From the NCBI RefSeq assembly GCF_035594765.1, contig NC_085842.1:231023747-231087746 (forward strand): DNA of 64,000 nt, given 5' to 3'. This document shows, in pieces, positions 1-13,162 of the stretch. This DNA is from Anolis carolinensis (taxonomy: Eukaryota). Under the pieces are notes generated by a model. It worked only from the letters and a program-made list of their open reading frames with translations. It was not told the DNA's origin and ran no database searches. How positions within the stretch are numbered: position 1 is the stretch's first letter; each line of letters starts with the position of its first letter. Position numbers and translations under genes: made by a program.

Positions 1-230
1 GGAAACAGACTTAATCATCTAATTGTCTGGCAGCTATCCTGGCGCTCCGGCGAGTCGCCTCCCGAGCGCTTCTATCTTGATTATAATAAAGCCGGCGAGA
101 AAATGGGGGAGATTTCTGCTCAAGGCTTGTTTGGCTGACTTCTTGTGGGCAAACATCTTGCAGCTGCAAGGGCTCCAAATCTGGCAGAAACGGTGGGAAA
201 CCCAAGTTTTCCTCTTCATCTGTCACAACA
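1..230 (-). mobile_element. 5' (U3) end of an LTR, truncated by the window edge (LTR-A)
   Basis: Minus strand starts TGTTGTGAC, the same terminus as the TSD-delimited LTRs downstream. CpG-rich, with an open frame 229->11. Confidence 0.7.
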
Positions 231-2154
231 GTACTAGGAACAGGACTACATGGCCCATGAGTCATCACAGAGGGGGAGAAACTCGGGAAAGATTGTAGCT
301 AATGTACTCTAGAGAGAAGAATTTTTAGATAACATTGATGGGTGGATCTTCCCTTTGGGAGAAGAACTGTTGTGTTCTGGTGCTTCTTAATAATTTGTTC
401 CTTAGCTAACTAGTTTAGAGATGTATGTGCATCATGCAGTTAAAAGAGGTCAAGTTCTTGAAAGCACTGGTCCTGAAGTATTGAAAATAGGTTTGCCAAA
501 TACTTGCTGCTGATTTTTCCCCTGTGCTAATTTCTCAAGTATAATTTTGGGGAAGGAGAAGATTAAGTTAGCATTCCTCGTCCTGCAGCAAAGCTATCTT
601 TCCCTGTCAACAATATGAATGGATGTACCATCATTACCTAAGTTATATTTGGCAATAATATGCTGTTTCTTTTTTTCTGTTGGGCAGTACATCTTCTTAT
701 TCAGTTGCTTGCAACATTTCAGATTTGGCCATTACCAGTACACTGTCAGGCTTGTCTTGAATCTAAATTTCTATTATATTTTCTTTCTTATATAGGAGCC
801 AACTGCTTTAAATCTGTTTTAGCACAAAAAGAATTGTATGCAGCCATCAAAATGCTTTTTGAAAATCTTACTGGGAGAGCCTTATTGTTAGTTGGATGCC
901 TTATGAATTTTGGAAAAAGGGTGGCTATGCATTTTAGTCAGTCAGTATTGATGCATCTTTATTTTGTTAGATTCTTGTTTAAGAATTGTGAAGGAAAGAA
1001 ATGGCTTTTCATAAATTAAATTAGTCAAAGGAAAGAAAAACAGACATGATAAATTATGATTCATGAACTGTACTGAACTATAGATTACAGATGACTCTTA
1101 TGCCGATAAGATCACATAAGAGATACTTGGAAAATATCTTTCAAATAATTTTCCTTTCTCAGCATTCATTTAGGAAATGGTTTCTGTCTGATTCATTTTA
1201 AGTGGAGGTGAGGTGGTATGACCCTCCAGTTTCTGTTGAACTGTTTTTCCCAGCATTCTTCACCACTGACTATATTTCCTAATAGGATTTATAATCGCTA
1301 TACATTTCGCAAGTCAGGATATCAACTTTCATGGTCTTAGATGAACATTTTGGTTTTGTTGTAAGATTCACATAGAATTAGACATTCAAAGAAGACATTT
1401 TATCCGTCATCCAAAGAGTTATAAGCAATTCCTTCAAATGTTAGCCACCTATCATGAGCATTGGGGGGGGGGGGGGAGGTTATCTCAGCAAATCCATTGC
1501 ATATTTCCCACGCATTGTAATATTTTGTGATGAAAAATGTCCCTTACCATTTTGTTGTAGAAACGTGATATGTCATCATCATCATCATCTTGCCTTTCTC
1601 CCAATAATGGGTGACTAAAAACGTGTCTAAAGCTAAACTCAAGCCATGCAGATAAGCAACTATATAAATTTTTGATATAAAAGTATAAATATAAAAGTTA
1701 TTATAAAAGCAATTCATCAATCTATACAGTTAAAACCCTAGACATTAAAACATTAAAATCAATGGAAAGGCTATGAAACTTTAAAATATGACAGCATGTC
1801 ATTAGAAATCTATCCCATTTAGTTTCTAAAAAGCATATTGGCACAAAAAATTGTTTCACTTATGGAGAAGCAACTTGGAAGTAGAGATCATGAGAGGGAC
1901 GGAAACTTAAATCCACTTGTACAGACATCTACTGAGCAGTTAAGAGTTTTTTTGGGGGAGCATCCAGGGCCAAAGAAGACCACGAACAAAGAAACAATAT
2001 TAGAAACGTTTGAACTCCTCCTCATATAAAGTTATTTATTTGGAGCATGGTAGTAGAGAACCATACCAAAGCCAAGGTGTGACAGTCTTATGATATCACT
2101 GACCTGAAGGCATATGTTGATTTACTGCTACAAGTGGAGGTGTATTGTATACAC

Positions 2155-2933
2155 CAGCGATTCCCAAAGTGGGCACTACCACCCCCTGGTGGGCGCTGCA
2201 GCGATCCAGGGGGGCGGTGATGGCGCCTTTTAGGAGATGGGGGTGGGGCCAGAGGGGGCGGGGCTTCTTTCCAAGTGCCGGAGACAGGGCTGAGTACCTG
2301 AGGTACCTGTTAGGACACAGCGGGTGGAGCTAGAGGAGTGGGCGTGGCTTCTTCCCAAGAGCCAGAGACAGGGCTGAGAATCTATACCTGTCCTGAGGCG
2401 CCTGTTAGGACACAGAGGGCAGAGCTAGAGAAGGGGGTGGGGCCTCCTTCCAAGAGCCCGAGACAGGGCTGAGCCTGTATACCTCTCCTGAGAGGCCTTT
2501 TAGGACTAAAGGGCGGGGCTAGGAGCACGGGCTGGGCCTCTTCCCAAGAGCACGAGACAGGGCTGAGCCTCTGTATACCTCCCCCGAGGTGCTTGTTGGA
2601 ACATGGGGGCAGGGTATAGAGGTTCAGTCCTGTCAGGAACTTGGGGAGATGCCCTGCCCCATGTGTCCTAGCAGGCACCTCAGGACAGGGATAGAAGCTC
2701 AACCCTGCCTCAGAGCTCGTAACTCCACCCATCCCAGTCCTGGCCACCCATTTGTGGCCCCACCCCCTTCCCCCTCGCAGCCTTGCATCTTGGACTAGGG
2801 GAGAGGCTCAGCCCCGCCCTCTTGAGCAGGAGCCACGCCCACTCCTCTAAGCCACGCCCTCCTTTCTAGGGGGTGCTAAGTAATTTTTTTTCTGGAAAGG
2901 GAGCAGTAGGCCAAATAAGTTTGGGAACCACTG
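2155..2933 (+). mobile_element. hAT (Charlie-type) MITE with GC-rich internal minisatellite, copy 1
   Basis: TIR cagcgattcccaaa/tttgggaaccactg; TSD gtatacac/gtgtacac; ~60-bp internal units. Confidence 0.9.
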
Positions 2934-4769
2934 GTGTACACTATGAAACCGTGGAAGAATTCTATTCTCAGGATGTTGCCACTTTGGAACAACAATTAAA
3001 CTGAATGCATTTTGTGCACGTAACTGTGAAGGCCAGTACCATGTTCACTGAATATATTAAAATATGCATACAGAAAGATCATATTAAAATATGATGAACG
3101 TCCAAATGAATTTAGAGGTGTTTTAATTGTATGTGCCTTACAGGTATGCCATATGTTATGTGTTGTATTTCTGCAGTGTGTACCACCCAGTTCAATATAT
3201 TGCTTCTTCTACAGTGGGACATTTACATGGTCAGGCAGCCTGGTACGTTACAGGAAGCCTAATTAGGTTGGAAAGTGATTACACTAGTCATCCTTTCACA
3301 TTCATTGAGGTTTTGAGCACAGGACCCGTGAGAAAGTGAGAATATCTCTAGGGATTTCTAGGTCTTCCAGCCCAGCTCTATGGTCTGCCACTGAAAACTG
3401 ACCACAGAATTGCATTGAAGCACTTAAATATTCATAGAGAGGAAATCTAAGTATTCCAGCATTACCTGAGGAAATTGACCATAGAATCACAGTGGAAGAC
3501 CTGTGTATTCTAGACATACCATTTAAATCAAATCTGTAAGTAATCAAAACCACAAAAGTAAAAACCACAAATGTGGAGGGACAACTGTAATTGACCCTCA
3601 TTTTCACGTTGGAAGAAGTGTAGAAGGCAGGTCTTATACCAGCAGAAAGTTGGAAAGAGAAAACCTAAGTCATTTCAGCACCAATCAACAGAATGAGCTA
3701 TATCCCTTGCCCATTGCTTTTGCAGTAGAACACTGTTAGGAAAATCAGTGGAATTTGCTTGCAGCGACTTCTGCAGCCTCCCAATGTAATGCTCTAGTTT
3801 CCAGAAAAGTGGCTGTCACAAAGAATGCTCTTTCATCTTCATCTGCAACAGCTATTTCATTATTGAGTTAGAAAATTATGTTTATGATAGCATTCATGTT
3901 AGCTCCTTCTGAAGATAAATACAACTGTTTTCTCCCTGGTTGATGTCTGTGTGCCTTTCAAATGTATTTTTGTTGTTTTTTATCGTTAGAAATAACAGTG
4001 ATGCTGTTTTTCTGAAATAGAAGTTATGTTGACTGTTTCTTTTTGGCAGAAGAGAGTATCTGCCATCTTTGGAAAGCAAATATTCCACTTCTTGTGTACA
4101 CATGTTTTTGGGCTGTTTATGTCTGCGTATTGTATAATAATGGTTATTATGCACCAAGTGCTGACAAAGTGCTAGCTTTGGTCTTCATATGGCTCTCCAG
4201 ACTCTTTGGGGAGCTCTCAACTCCTCCAAATGGTATTTTTTGTGGCTAGGGAGAAAAAGTGAATTGCTTCCCTTGGTAGTCTTCAGAAGCTGCTGCACCC
4301 GTCTTCCGTCTCTAGTTAACATAAACAATACCAGAATTCTTAAAATCGAAAATCTTCAGGTTTGGTTTTGGCCAATGTGTGGCCCCACAGAGCAGGATCA
4401 GGAAACTGGCTCCTCAGCTTGCTGCTGTTTCCCTATCCTATTATGTCTGTGGGCATTGAACAGTTTTATTTCCTGAAATTCACTGTAATTCCCTTCTGGT
4501 TAGATAATTAAATATGTAAGAATGGTTTTAGTTAAAATCTCTTCTTTAAAAAAGAAGGTCCCTGGGCTTATAGAGAATGTAGTAGTAAAGCATTGTGAAT
4601 AGTCGATGCTATCTTTTTACACAACGTCACGTTTTAGAAGGAATATTTCTGTCTTACCTACTCCTTTCTTGAAGGATTCCAATGTTCTTTCTACCACATG
4701 ATTGCTGTCTATTGAGGTTGAGATGGGCAACTATGGTGGGATAATTTCCTCCCTAGGGATTCTCTAAGG

Positions 4770-4869
4770 CAGTGGTTCTCAACCTGTGGGTCCCCAGATG
4801 TTTTAGCCTTCCAAATCCCAGAAATCCTAACAGCTGGTAACCTGGGGACCCAAAGGTTGAGTTCCACTG
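4770..4869. mobile_element. 100-bp hAT MITE
   Basis: TIR cagtggttctcaacc/ggttgagttccactg; perfect TSD ctctaagg. Confidence 0.9.
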
Positions 4870-5231
4870 CTCTAAGGGCTCTTCAGACTGCCATCCCCCA
4901 TGTCATCTCCCCCAAAACACTCCAAAGTAGTCACAAGTCCACTTTTACTTTACATAAATATTTTAAAATGCTAAATAGTGCAAAGAACCCTGCTACAAAT
5001 CATGATTCCGAAAATAGGCAATGACCCTTAGCTGAGGGCAGTGGGAGAGGGTGTCTTGTGACCTCAGAGTCCAACATTTCTACATCTCATTTTATTTGAC
5101 ACACACATGTTAGTTTATGATATGATGCTAGAATCTTGCTTTTTAGTCTCCTTTTTTTTTCTTTTTTGCCAAACCTGAGAAACCTGTTATCTAGTCAAAA
5201 ATTGTATGTTGCTTTATGCCAATTACATGTA

Positions 5232-5836
5232 CAGTAGAGTCTCACTTATCCAACACTTGCTTATCCAACGCATTTTTGTGGTCAATGTTTTCAGTACATC
5301 ATGATATTTTGGTGCTTAATTCGTAAATACCGTAATTACTACATAGCATTACTGCGTAAGTAAAGGTAAAGGTTTCCCCTGACGTTAAGTCCAGTCATGT
5401 CTGACTCTGGGGGTTGGTGCTCATCTCCATTTCTAAGCCGTAGACACCTCCAAGGTCATGTGGCCGGCATGTCTGCATGGAGGCCGTTACCTTCCTGCCG
5501 GAGCGGTACCTATTGATCTACTCACATTGGCATGTTTTTGAACTGCTAAGTTGGCAGGAGCTGGAGCTAACAGCGGCTGCTCCCTCCGCTCCCGGGGTTT
5601 GAACCTGGGAGCTTTCGGTCTCCAGCTCAGTGCTTTAATGCACTTCGCCACCGGGTATTGAACTACTTTTTCTGTCAAATTTGTTGTATAACATGATGTT
5701 TTGGTGCTTAATTTGTAAAATCATAACCTAATTTGTGTTTAATAGGCTTTTCCTTAATCCCTCCTTATTATCCGAATATATTCGCTTATCCAACGTTCTG
5801 CTGGCCTGTTTATGTTGAATAAGTGAGACTCTACTG
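5232..5836 (+). mobile_element. Tc1/mariner-type MITE with a nested Sauria SINE
   Basis: TA TSD; TIR cagtagagtctcactta/taagtgagactctactg. Confidence 0.9.
5359..5655 (-). mobile_element. Sauria SINE
   Basis: (ACCTTT)n tail seen as aaaggtaaaggt; diagnostic body gtacctattgatctactcacatt. Confidence 0.9.
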
Positions 5837-5896
5837 TAATAGTAAGAAATGCTATGCATGCCTGCTTGGGCAGTTCATTTTATACAGGATCTAGAC

Positions 5897-6462
5897 CAGA
5901 CATGGGCAAACTTTTTTGCCTTGGGCCACATTGTGGGCCCAACTGAGAGGGTCGGGCCAGGAGGGAGTGGGGTTGTTTGCACGTTGGGTGGGGCGGTCCC
6001 ATGAGGGTTAGGACCCGGGAGAGGGCGGGGGCAGGACAGGGTCTTGGTCATCCTCAGGTTGTCTTCACAGCATAAGGACAGGGCTGCTTGCCCCATCTTT
6101 ATGCCAGGAGGAAAGGGGCATGTGGCGATTGCCCCGATCCTCCTCCCCTATCCTTCGGCTGTCCTTTTAACATTATGCCAGGAGGAAGGCAAGACAGGCG
6201 GTGGCTGAGAGTGTTCCGGAGGGCTCTCAGCTGCCACATGCCTTCCTTGAGCTGTCTTCCTGGCATAAGGATGGGGCCACTCACACCATCTTTATGCTGG
6301 GAGGAGGGTGAGACTCACGGTGGCTGAGAGATCTCCAAAGGGCTCTGAACGGCTGCTGGCTGCTGTGTCCTTATGCCAAAAGGACAGGGTAAAGGAGGAG
6401 GCCGTGAGGCAAACACCCTGGAGGCCACATTTGGCCCCCGGCCCTTACTTTGAGCATGCCTG
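5897..6462. mobile_element. hAT MITE
   Basis: TIR cagacatgggcaaa/tttgagcatgcctg; TSD atctagac/atctagag. Confidence 0.85.
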
Positions 6463-6739
6463 ATCTAGAGAAAGCACAGATGGAATTTGGACTACTCATC
6501 TTGGAAAAGGTGTCTCTCCCCCCCCCCCCCCAAGCTTTCTATCCTCTCATCCAGACGATGAGATATTACGGAAGAAGTAAGAAACTTCTTTTCAGTGCAC
6601 ATCTGTTTCCTAACTGAGGAAATTTAACGTTTAGGGTAGCTCATTTTCATTGTCAGTGGATTACAAACCTCTAGTAGCTTTGGTAGCCGTTTGGAGACAC
6701 CACTAATCATATCTCTCTCTCCAGCCTCTGTGACATATA

Positions 6740-8111
6740 CAATAGAGTCTCGCTTATCTAACCTTCACTCATCCAACATTCTGTATTATCCAGCGCAGTC
6801 TGCCTTCCGTCCGGATCCACAGCTGTTTCTCTAGGCAGGCAAAAACCACAGATTTTTTTTAAAAAATCATCACAGGGCTGAACTTTTTACAGATTTAACT
6901 TCCAACAATGTTACTGTAAGTTAATTTTATGCAATTCTATCTTTATTTGTAGTCAATGTTTTAGTTGTCAGTGTTTTTGTAGTCAGTGTTTTTAATGTTT
7001 TGGTGTTAAATTTGTAAATACACTTACTACATAACGTTACTGTGTAATTGAACTGCTTTTTCTGTTGATTTGTTGTAAAACAGTCGTTCCCAAACTTATT
7101 TGGCCTACCGCCCCCTTTCCAGAAAATTTTTTAGTCAGAGCTCCCTGGAAAGGGGGGCGTGGCTCCTGCTCAAGAGGGCGGGGCTGAGCCTCTCCCCTAG
7201 TCCAAGATGAAGGGCTGGGAGGGGGATGTGGACGGGGCTACAAATGGTTGGCCAGGACTGGGATGGGCGGAATTACGAGCTCTGAGGCAGGGCTGAGCTT
7301 CTATCCCTGTCCTCCGGCGCCTGCCAGGACACAGGGGGCTAGAGGAGGGAAAGCCCTCTTCCCAAGTGCCTGACGGGGCTGAACCTCTATACCCCGCCCC
7401 CGTGTTCTAACAAGCACCTCAGGGGAGGTATACAGAGGGTCAGCCCTGTCTCGCGCTCTTGGGAAGAGGCCCCACCCCCACCCCTAGCCCCACCCTTTAG
7501 TCCTAAAAGGCCTCTCAGGAGAGGTACAGAGGCTCAGCCCTGTCTCGGGCTCTTGGAAGGAGGGCCCACCCTTTTCCCTAGCTCCGCCCTCTGTGTCCCA
7601 ACAAGCACCTCAGGGGAGGTATACAGAGGGTCAGCCCTGTCTCGCGCTCTTGGGAAGAGGCCCCACCCCCACCCCTAGCCCCGCCCTTTAGTCCTAAAAG
7701 GCCTCTCAGGAGAGGTACAGAGGCTCAGCCCTGTCTCGGGCTCTTGGAAGGAGGGCCCACCCTTTTCCCTAGCTCCGCCCTCTGTGTCCCAACAAGCACC
7801 TCAGGAGAGGTATAGATTCTCAGCTCTGTCTCGGGCTCTTGGGAAGAAGCCACACCCATTCTTCTAGCTCCGCCCAGTGTCCTAATAGGTGCCATCACTG
7901 CTCCCCTGGATCGCTGCAGCGCCCACCAGGGGGCGGTAGCGCCCAATTTGGGAACAACTATTGTAAAACATGATTTTTTGGTGCTTAATTTGTAAAATCA
8001 TAACGTAATTTGGGGTGTAATAGACCTTTCCGTAATCCCTCCTTATTATTCAACATTTTCGCTTATCCAACATTCTGCTGGCCCGTTTATGTTGGATAAG
8101 CGCGACTGCTG
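6740..8111 (+). mobile_element. Tc1/mariner-type MITE (longer variant) with a nested hAT MITE
   Basis: TA flanks; caatagagtctcgcttatc...gataagcgcgactgctg. Confidence 0.85.
7081..7960 (-). mobile_element. Same hAT MITE, copy 2, inserted in a Tc1/mariner MITE
   Basis: Perfect TSD ttgtaaaa; reverse-complement homology to 2155-2933. Confidence 0.9.
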
Positions 8112-10459
8112 TATGTAGATCTTCAAAGCTTTTTCAGTCTGTGCCAGGTTTTCAAGCACTTAAAAGCAATTAAAATCCCTGTTGCTGTCATTTAGTGTCT
8201 TGAAAGCACATTGTGGGATTGTGGTATGAGCAATTTATAAGCAAATCTGGGGCCTTTTTAGTTGAAGGATGAAAAATAAATATTGAAAACAAACAAACAA
8301 TAGTAGTCAGAATACCTGCCACATGTAGTGCTCTTCATGGATATTTAAAATGGTTTTCATGAATTCATAGTATACCTTTACAATAACACTTCACTATTTT
8401 TGTTCTGCAGCTGGGGAGGGAGAGGAAGAGATTGGAATTACCTATCTCTAGTTGCATAAGCAGGTTTAGTAGTGCTTCCAAGGTTATTTTCTTAAGTTCT
8501 TGTAGCTAGGGTGCTGCTCAGAAATCCTTGGTAACGTTTATTTATTATGTATACAGCTGTCATAAAATAACATTTGTATTTGTTAGTGACACTTAGTCTG
8601 GGAATGATCCTGGTTAATGGTACACTTTCTACCTCGGGTTTCACTAGTGACAAGGAAAGCTTCAATGTCCTTTTGGCGTGGAGGTGAGGAGGTAATTGTG
8701 ATATGGGAATATAAGACTTCATTGTCTTTGATTTTGTAGCTGTTACTCACATCCCTGAAACTTGTAATGCAGTGCAACCCTTGGATCCTTTGTGTGGATA
8801 TGTGAAACAAGTTATAAAGGTAAACCCTATAGAATGAAGAACCTGTGGCCCAGAAATATCATGGAGTAATGCTAGAGCACCTAAAAGGCCTAGAGAGGTT
8901 ATATTTTGTTACATATGGCTCAATGAAACCGTGAATGCCTGTTGTACTGTATACTCATTGGTGGAGTTGTCATGATGATAGTTCAGGGTTTTCTTATGTA
9001 GCAACAGCAAGCTTTTTGATAAGGTTTAAAGCAGGGATAGGTGGAATGTGGCCCTCCCATACCAAAACAGTATCTTAAATAATTTTTTTTGAATAAAAAA
9101 AGAAGCTCGCTTTTAAAAAAAACTGGAAATGACTTTACACAACATCCCAGTTTGGAATGGGGTGGGAGAGTTCTACCTAGTCTCAAAGCATCCCAGCGGC
9201 TAAAATCTGATGATTTTGATTCTTACATGTTCTAGAAGTTGATAGAGGTCATTCTGTGTACATTTTTCTTTGAAGAATGGGGACCTGTTGGTAGGTTGCC
9301 CATGTCGATGGTCTGTATGTGGTTCCTTACCCTCGTTTAAAATGTCAGGACTTGAAGCATAATCCGCATGTAGTTGGAAGACTACAACTCAAAATAAGAT
9401 AAGACACCTGGAATACGTAAAATACTGTTTCTTCTCTTATTGTATCTTTAGTGATATGTATGGAGGATGAATATAAGTAAGAAATAGAAGATTTGTAGGT
9501 TTTCATACAGATTCAAACATGTTATATCTTTGTCAATTTTAAGTAGTATCTTGTGGACAGAGGAACCTGCCTTTTACTAAGTGAAACTTTTTTCAGATAA
9601 GCCTCTCAGTACTACAGGGAGGTTGTAACTGGGATTTTTCCATCCATTGCATGCACTCTTCCACTGAGCTACTGCCTTATATATTAGCTGTCGCCTGGGA
9701 AGCATCATGCTTAAAACAAAATAGCTGTAGCAGCATGTCTTTGTCTCTCACTCGGTTTTCCGAAAATAGACTTTCAGTATCTTAAAGTCTACCATTGCTA
9801 TAAACATGTTTAGAATTCATAAAAAGATATAGTGATGTTTTACTGGTTAAAAATAGTTAGAGATGGCTGTTATGACAATTTGGATTGCTATATTAGACAA
9901 TTTATTTGATTGGATCAGTGCATAATTGGCTATTGTGCTATTCCTCCCCTCTTCCATCTGTAATATATGTAATATTTTTCTTTGCTGGTGTTTTTAAATC
10001 TGATTCTTGGGTTTAAATAATGCACAATATTAGATTTGGGCTGTTCTCTCAATTCCCTGCTTTGATCAATGTCAATCAGTCAACAGAGTGTCGGAACCTG
10101 TTTAGGTAAAATTGAGTATATAATGATGGAGATTCCCCATTATTTCTGTGGGATTACCATGTATGTTCAGTATTTATTCATTTTTTGGTTGTGAAAGAAG
10201 TCTCCAAAAGAATACAGGGAGAAGATCTGCACGTCAAGAGCTGCCCATCTGTGCAAAAATGCATGTGTTTTTTATGCATTTTAAATTGGCTTCTTCGTTA
10301 AAAGCATGTGTACAAAAAGCATGTTTTCTGTATGGGAAATGTTTTTTGGTGTAGGAGAAAAACACATGTATATACAAGTATATAATACTTTCCAATGCAT
10401 ACATTGTGGTTTGGATCTGTTGAAAAAATCTTGGTATTCCTAGTTTATGATACATGGTC

Positions 10460-13162
10460 TGTCAAAGGTCAAATGCCAACTGAGAGCAAAATATAGTTTA
10501 TTTAAATAACAACTCAAAAATAACTCAGTAAATTGTCAGAGGCTTAAAACACTTAATCTTCAGTGTTATTAAGCAGTCAAAACAAAAAAAAACGCCAAAA
10601 ACATGAACTGGCATATAATCCGGATTAACCAGAGATATAATCCGGATTTAACATAAAGTACTTAAACTCAGCCCAAAGACACAAAACGGGCTAAAAATGG
10701 CAAAACAAACAAAGGTAAATCACCGCAAAGCCCCAAAACCCAGGAGTACAGTAGCGATTCCAAACTGAGGCAAAAACCCAAACCGGGTTAAAAGCTCTTC
10801 GCTGAAAGCAGCACAAACAAACACAACTGAAAAACGCTGAGGAGTTAGCGGCAAGCCGCTGCAGAGACGGAAGCCAGGCCAGGAGCCAAAGTGTTGTAGC
10901 GAAGTCAAGCTGATCCGAAGTTGGGATAAGGGAACAGCATCAGGGTCGGGAACGAAGCCAGCAGTCAGCAACGGTAGACAGCCACAGAGATGAGAATGAT
11001 GCCAAGCCGAATTAGGGAGCGAAGAGATAAGCCAAGTCGAGATTCAGTCCAAGGTCCAAAGGGTGAAGTCGTCACAAGAAGGCCCGCATCGAGGGATGGC
11101 ACAAAAAGCCAAGACAACGAAGGCGAACAGCAGCTAATGCAAAATAGTAATAACAGTGCAGTCCAGGAAAACCCACACAATTCCAGCCCTCCATTGAAGA
11201 ATAACCCGGAGCAAACTTACATCTGTTGCAAAGTCCCAAGCCAGTCTTCAGAATCACGTACCAGCAACACCTTGCCACACGCAAAGAATAGTGGCCAAAA
11301 ATCCCCAGTTTATTTAGGTTTCCTTGGGTGTTCCTAGGGTCAGGTGTCCCAAGTTCCTCATCAGAATCTGAGCTCCAAACAGCCAACTCTTGGATCAGCC
11401 ATCCCAAACTCCTCATCAGAATCAACATCATCCTGCCCACACCCAACTCGGTCCACACCTGTGGAACTACCCTCATTCCTCAAGGCAGACCATGTGGAAT
11501 CTGCTTCTGAAGATACCCAAGCCTCTCCAGCATCTACAGCATCCATGGACCCAGATTCCTCCCCAAGATCCTCTGGAGCCCGTGCCCAATCTGTCAAGAG
11601 TCAGACGCCAGTTAACAAAACAGAGTTTATTCCGAAGATAAGCCAAAAATAACATAAACACAGAAAGTATCCTTGGAACACTTCACTTATCAGTGTTTCA
11701 AGAGTAGTTTGGACAAAAATAACTCAAAAACAAGCCACGCTATTTTCCCATGCTGGCATTCAATAAAAACTAAAAGACGCTTCAATTCAGCTTTGGAGAA
11801 CAAATAGAGTTGACTGCAAGAAAATATGCAAAATAAACGAAGGCTAGAAACCTTCCAGAAGCTGCAGAGTATAACTGAAAGTGCAAAAGCCTCTTTTGGC
11901 TCCAAACCGTTTCTGAAAACAGATAGCCGGCTCTACGGATTTAAAGGGACAGTTCCCAAAAGAAAAACAGCAAACTGGTTTGAAAACAAACTAGAAGAGC
12001 AGTAAACTGCTTCCACGGTGCAGATAAAGCCGAAAGCTTCAAAGATGATGAATAGCCGTCGTCAGGAGAATCCAAGGTCAGGTCAGGAGGCAGCAGCAAA
12101 TTACGAAAGGCAAACCAGTAGTCAGAATCCGGGAGTAGTTGTCAGTCAGAGGGCGTAGACAGACGCCAGGTCAAATTCAATCCAAAGTCCGAAGAGAGTG
12201 CAGTCATCCAAACCAGGTCCACGATAAGACACAGCGAGAGCCAAGCCAGATGGTATCAGCAGCTAGAAATAGTAATCAGAATGCAGTCCAGGGAAACCCA
12301 CACAGTTCCATCCCTCTGCTGCAGAGCAGTCCCAGATAACTTACATCCGAATCACAGTCCAAGTCCAGTCTTCACGGAAACACAGAGATCCCAATGGCGC
12401 CTCAGCAACACCTTGCCACACGCAAAGTGCAGTGGCCAAACATTCCCATTTTATTCCCTTCCTCCTGGGTGACCAAACACTCACACCCAAACACCAGGTG
12501 TCTCAAATCTACTCAGAGTCCGAACTCCACACAGCTAGAGCTCGTGGATCCGGAGTACCTAGCAATTCGTCGGAGTCCCAATCATCCTGCCCACACTTAG
12601 CCCCATGAACACTTAAAGAACCATCCTCCCTTCTCCAAGCATCCCAAGTGGGATCAGCTCCTGCAGAAACCTCAGGTTCAGTAGTATCCATAGGCCCCAA
12701 ATCCCTAGACATCTCCGGTGGCTGTGCTCATTCAGTGCCCACTTCCCCAGCCACCACTTGTTCCTCAGCATCCATTTCCCCAAACTCCCCATCTGATTCT
12801 TCCTCAGAAGATCCCCCATATTGCTCTCTAAGTCGCTTCCTGCGCAACTCCTCCAGTGAACCCTCATCACGAGGGTTTTTTCTTCCTCTTCGAATCCCAT
12901 CACCGTCAACCATAATCCCCGAAGGCGCAGTCACAACACAATCTATGCCAACTTCCTCTGTCACCACCAGTTCCTCAGCATCCATTTCCACCACAAGATC
13001 CCCTCCCAAGTCCCCACATGAATCCTCCTCGGAAGACTCCCCATCAATCTCCCTGATTCTCTTCCTGTGTAAATCTTCCAGCAGCCCTCCTCTTGAGGGT
13101 TCTTCCTTCCTCTCCTGATCTCTCCATTATCACTCACAGCCTCAGAAGACTCATTCACAACA
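10460..13162 (-). mobile_element. Solo LTR-B (~1.35 kb: 10460-11591 plus 12944-13162), interrupted by LTR-C; possibly Ty1/Copia
   Basis: Minus-strand termini TGTTGTG...TTGACA; 5-bp TSD tggtc (10455-59)/tggcc (13163-67); AATAAA about 40 nt from the 3' end; colinear homology with LTR-C. Confidence 0.88.
11592..12938 (-). mobile_element. Solo LTR-C (1347 bp) nested in LTR-B
   Basis: TGTTGTG...TTGACA termini; perfect 5-bp TSD caatc (11587-91, 12939-43); shares blocks such as cagcaacaccttgccacacgcaaag with LTR-B. Confidence 0.92.

Noticed and set aside
7260-7870. CRISPR-like periodicity
   Set aside because: Vertebrate DNA; tandem units without unique spacers; no cas genes.
12648-13118. 156-aa Ser-rich plus-strand ORF
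   Set aside because: It is the antisense shadow of the Glu-rich LTR frame and crosses an insertion junction.
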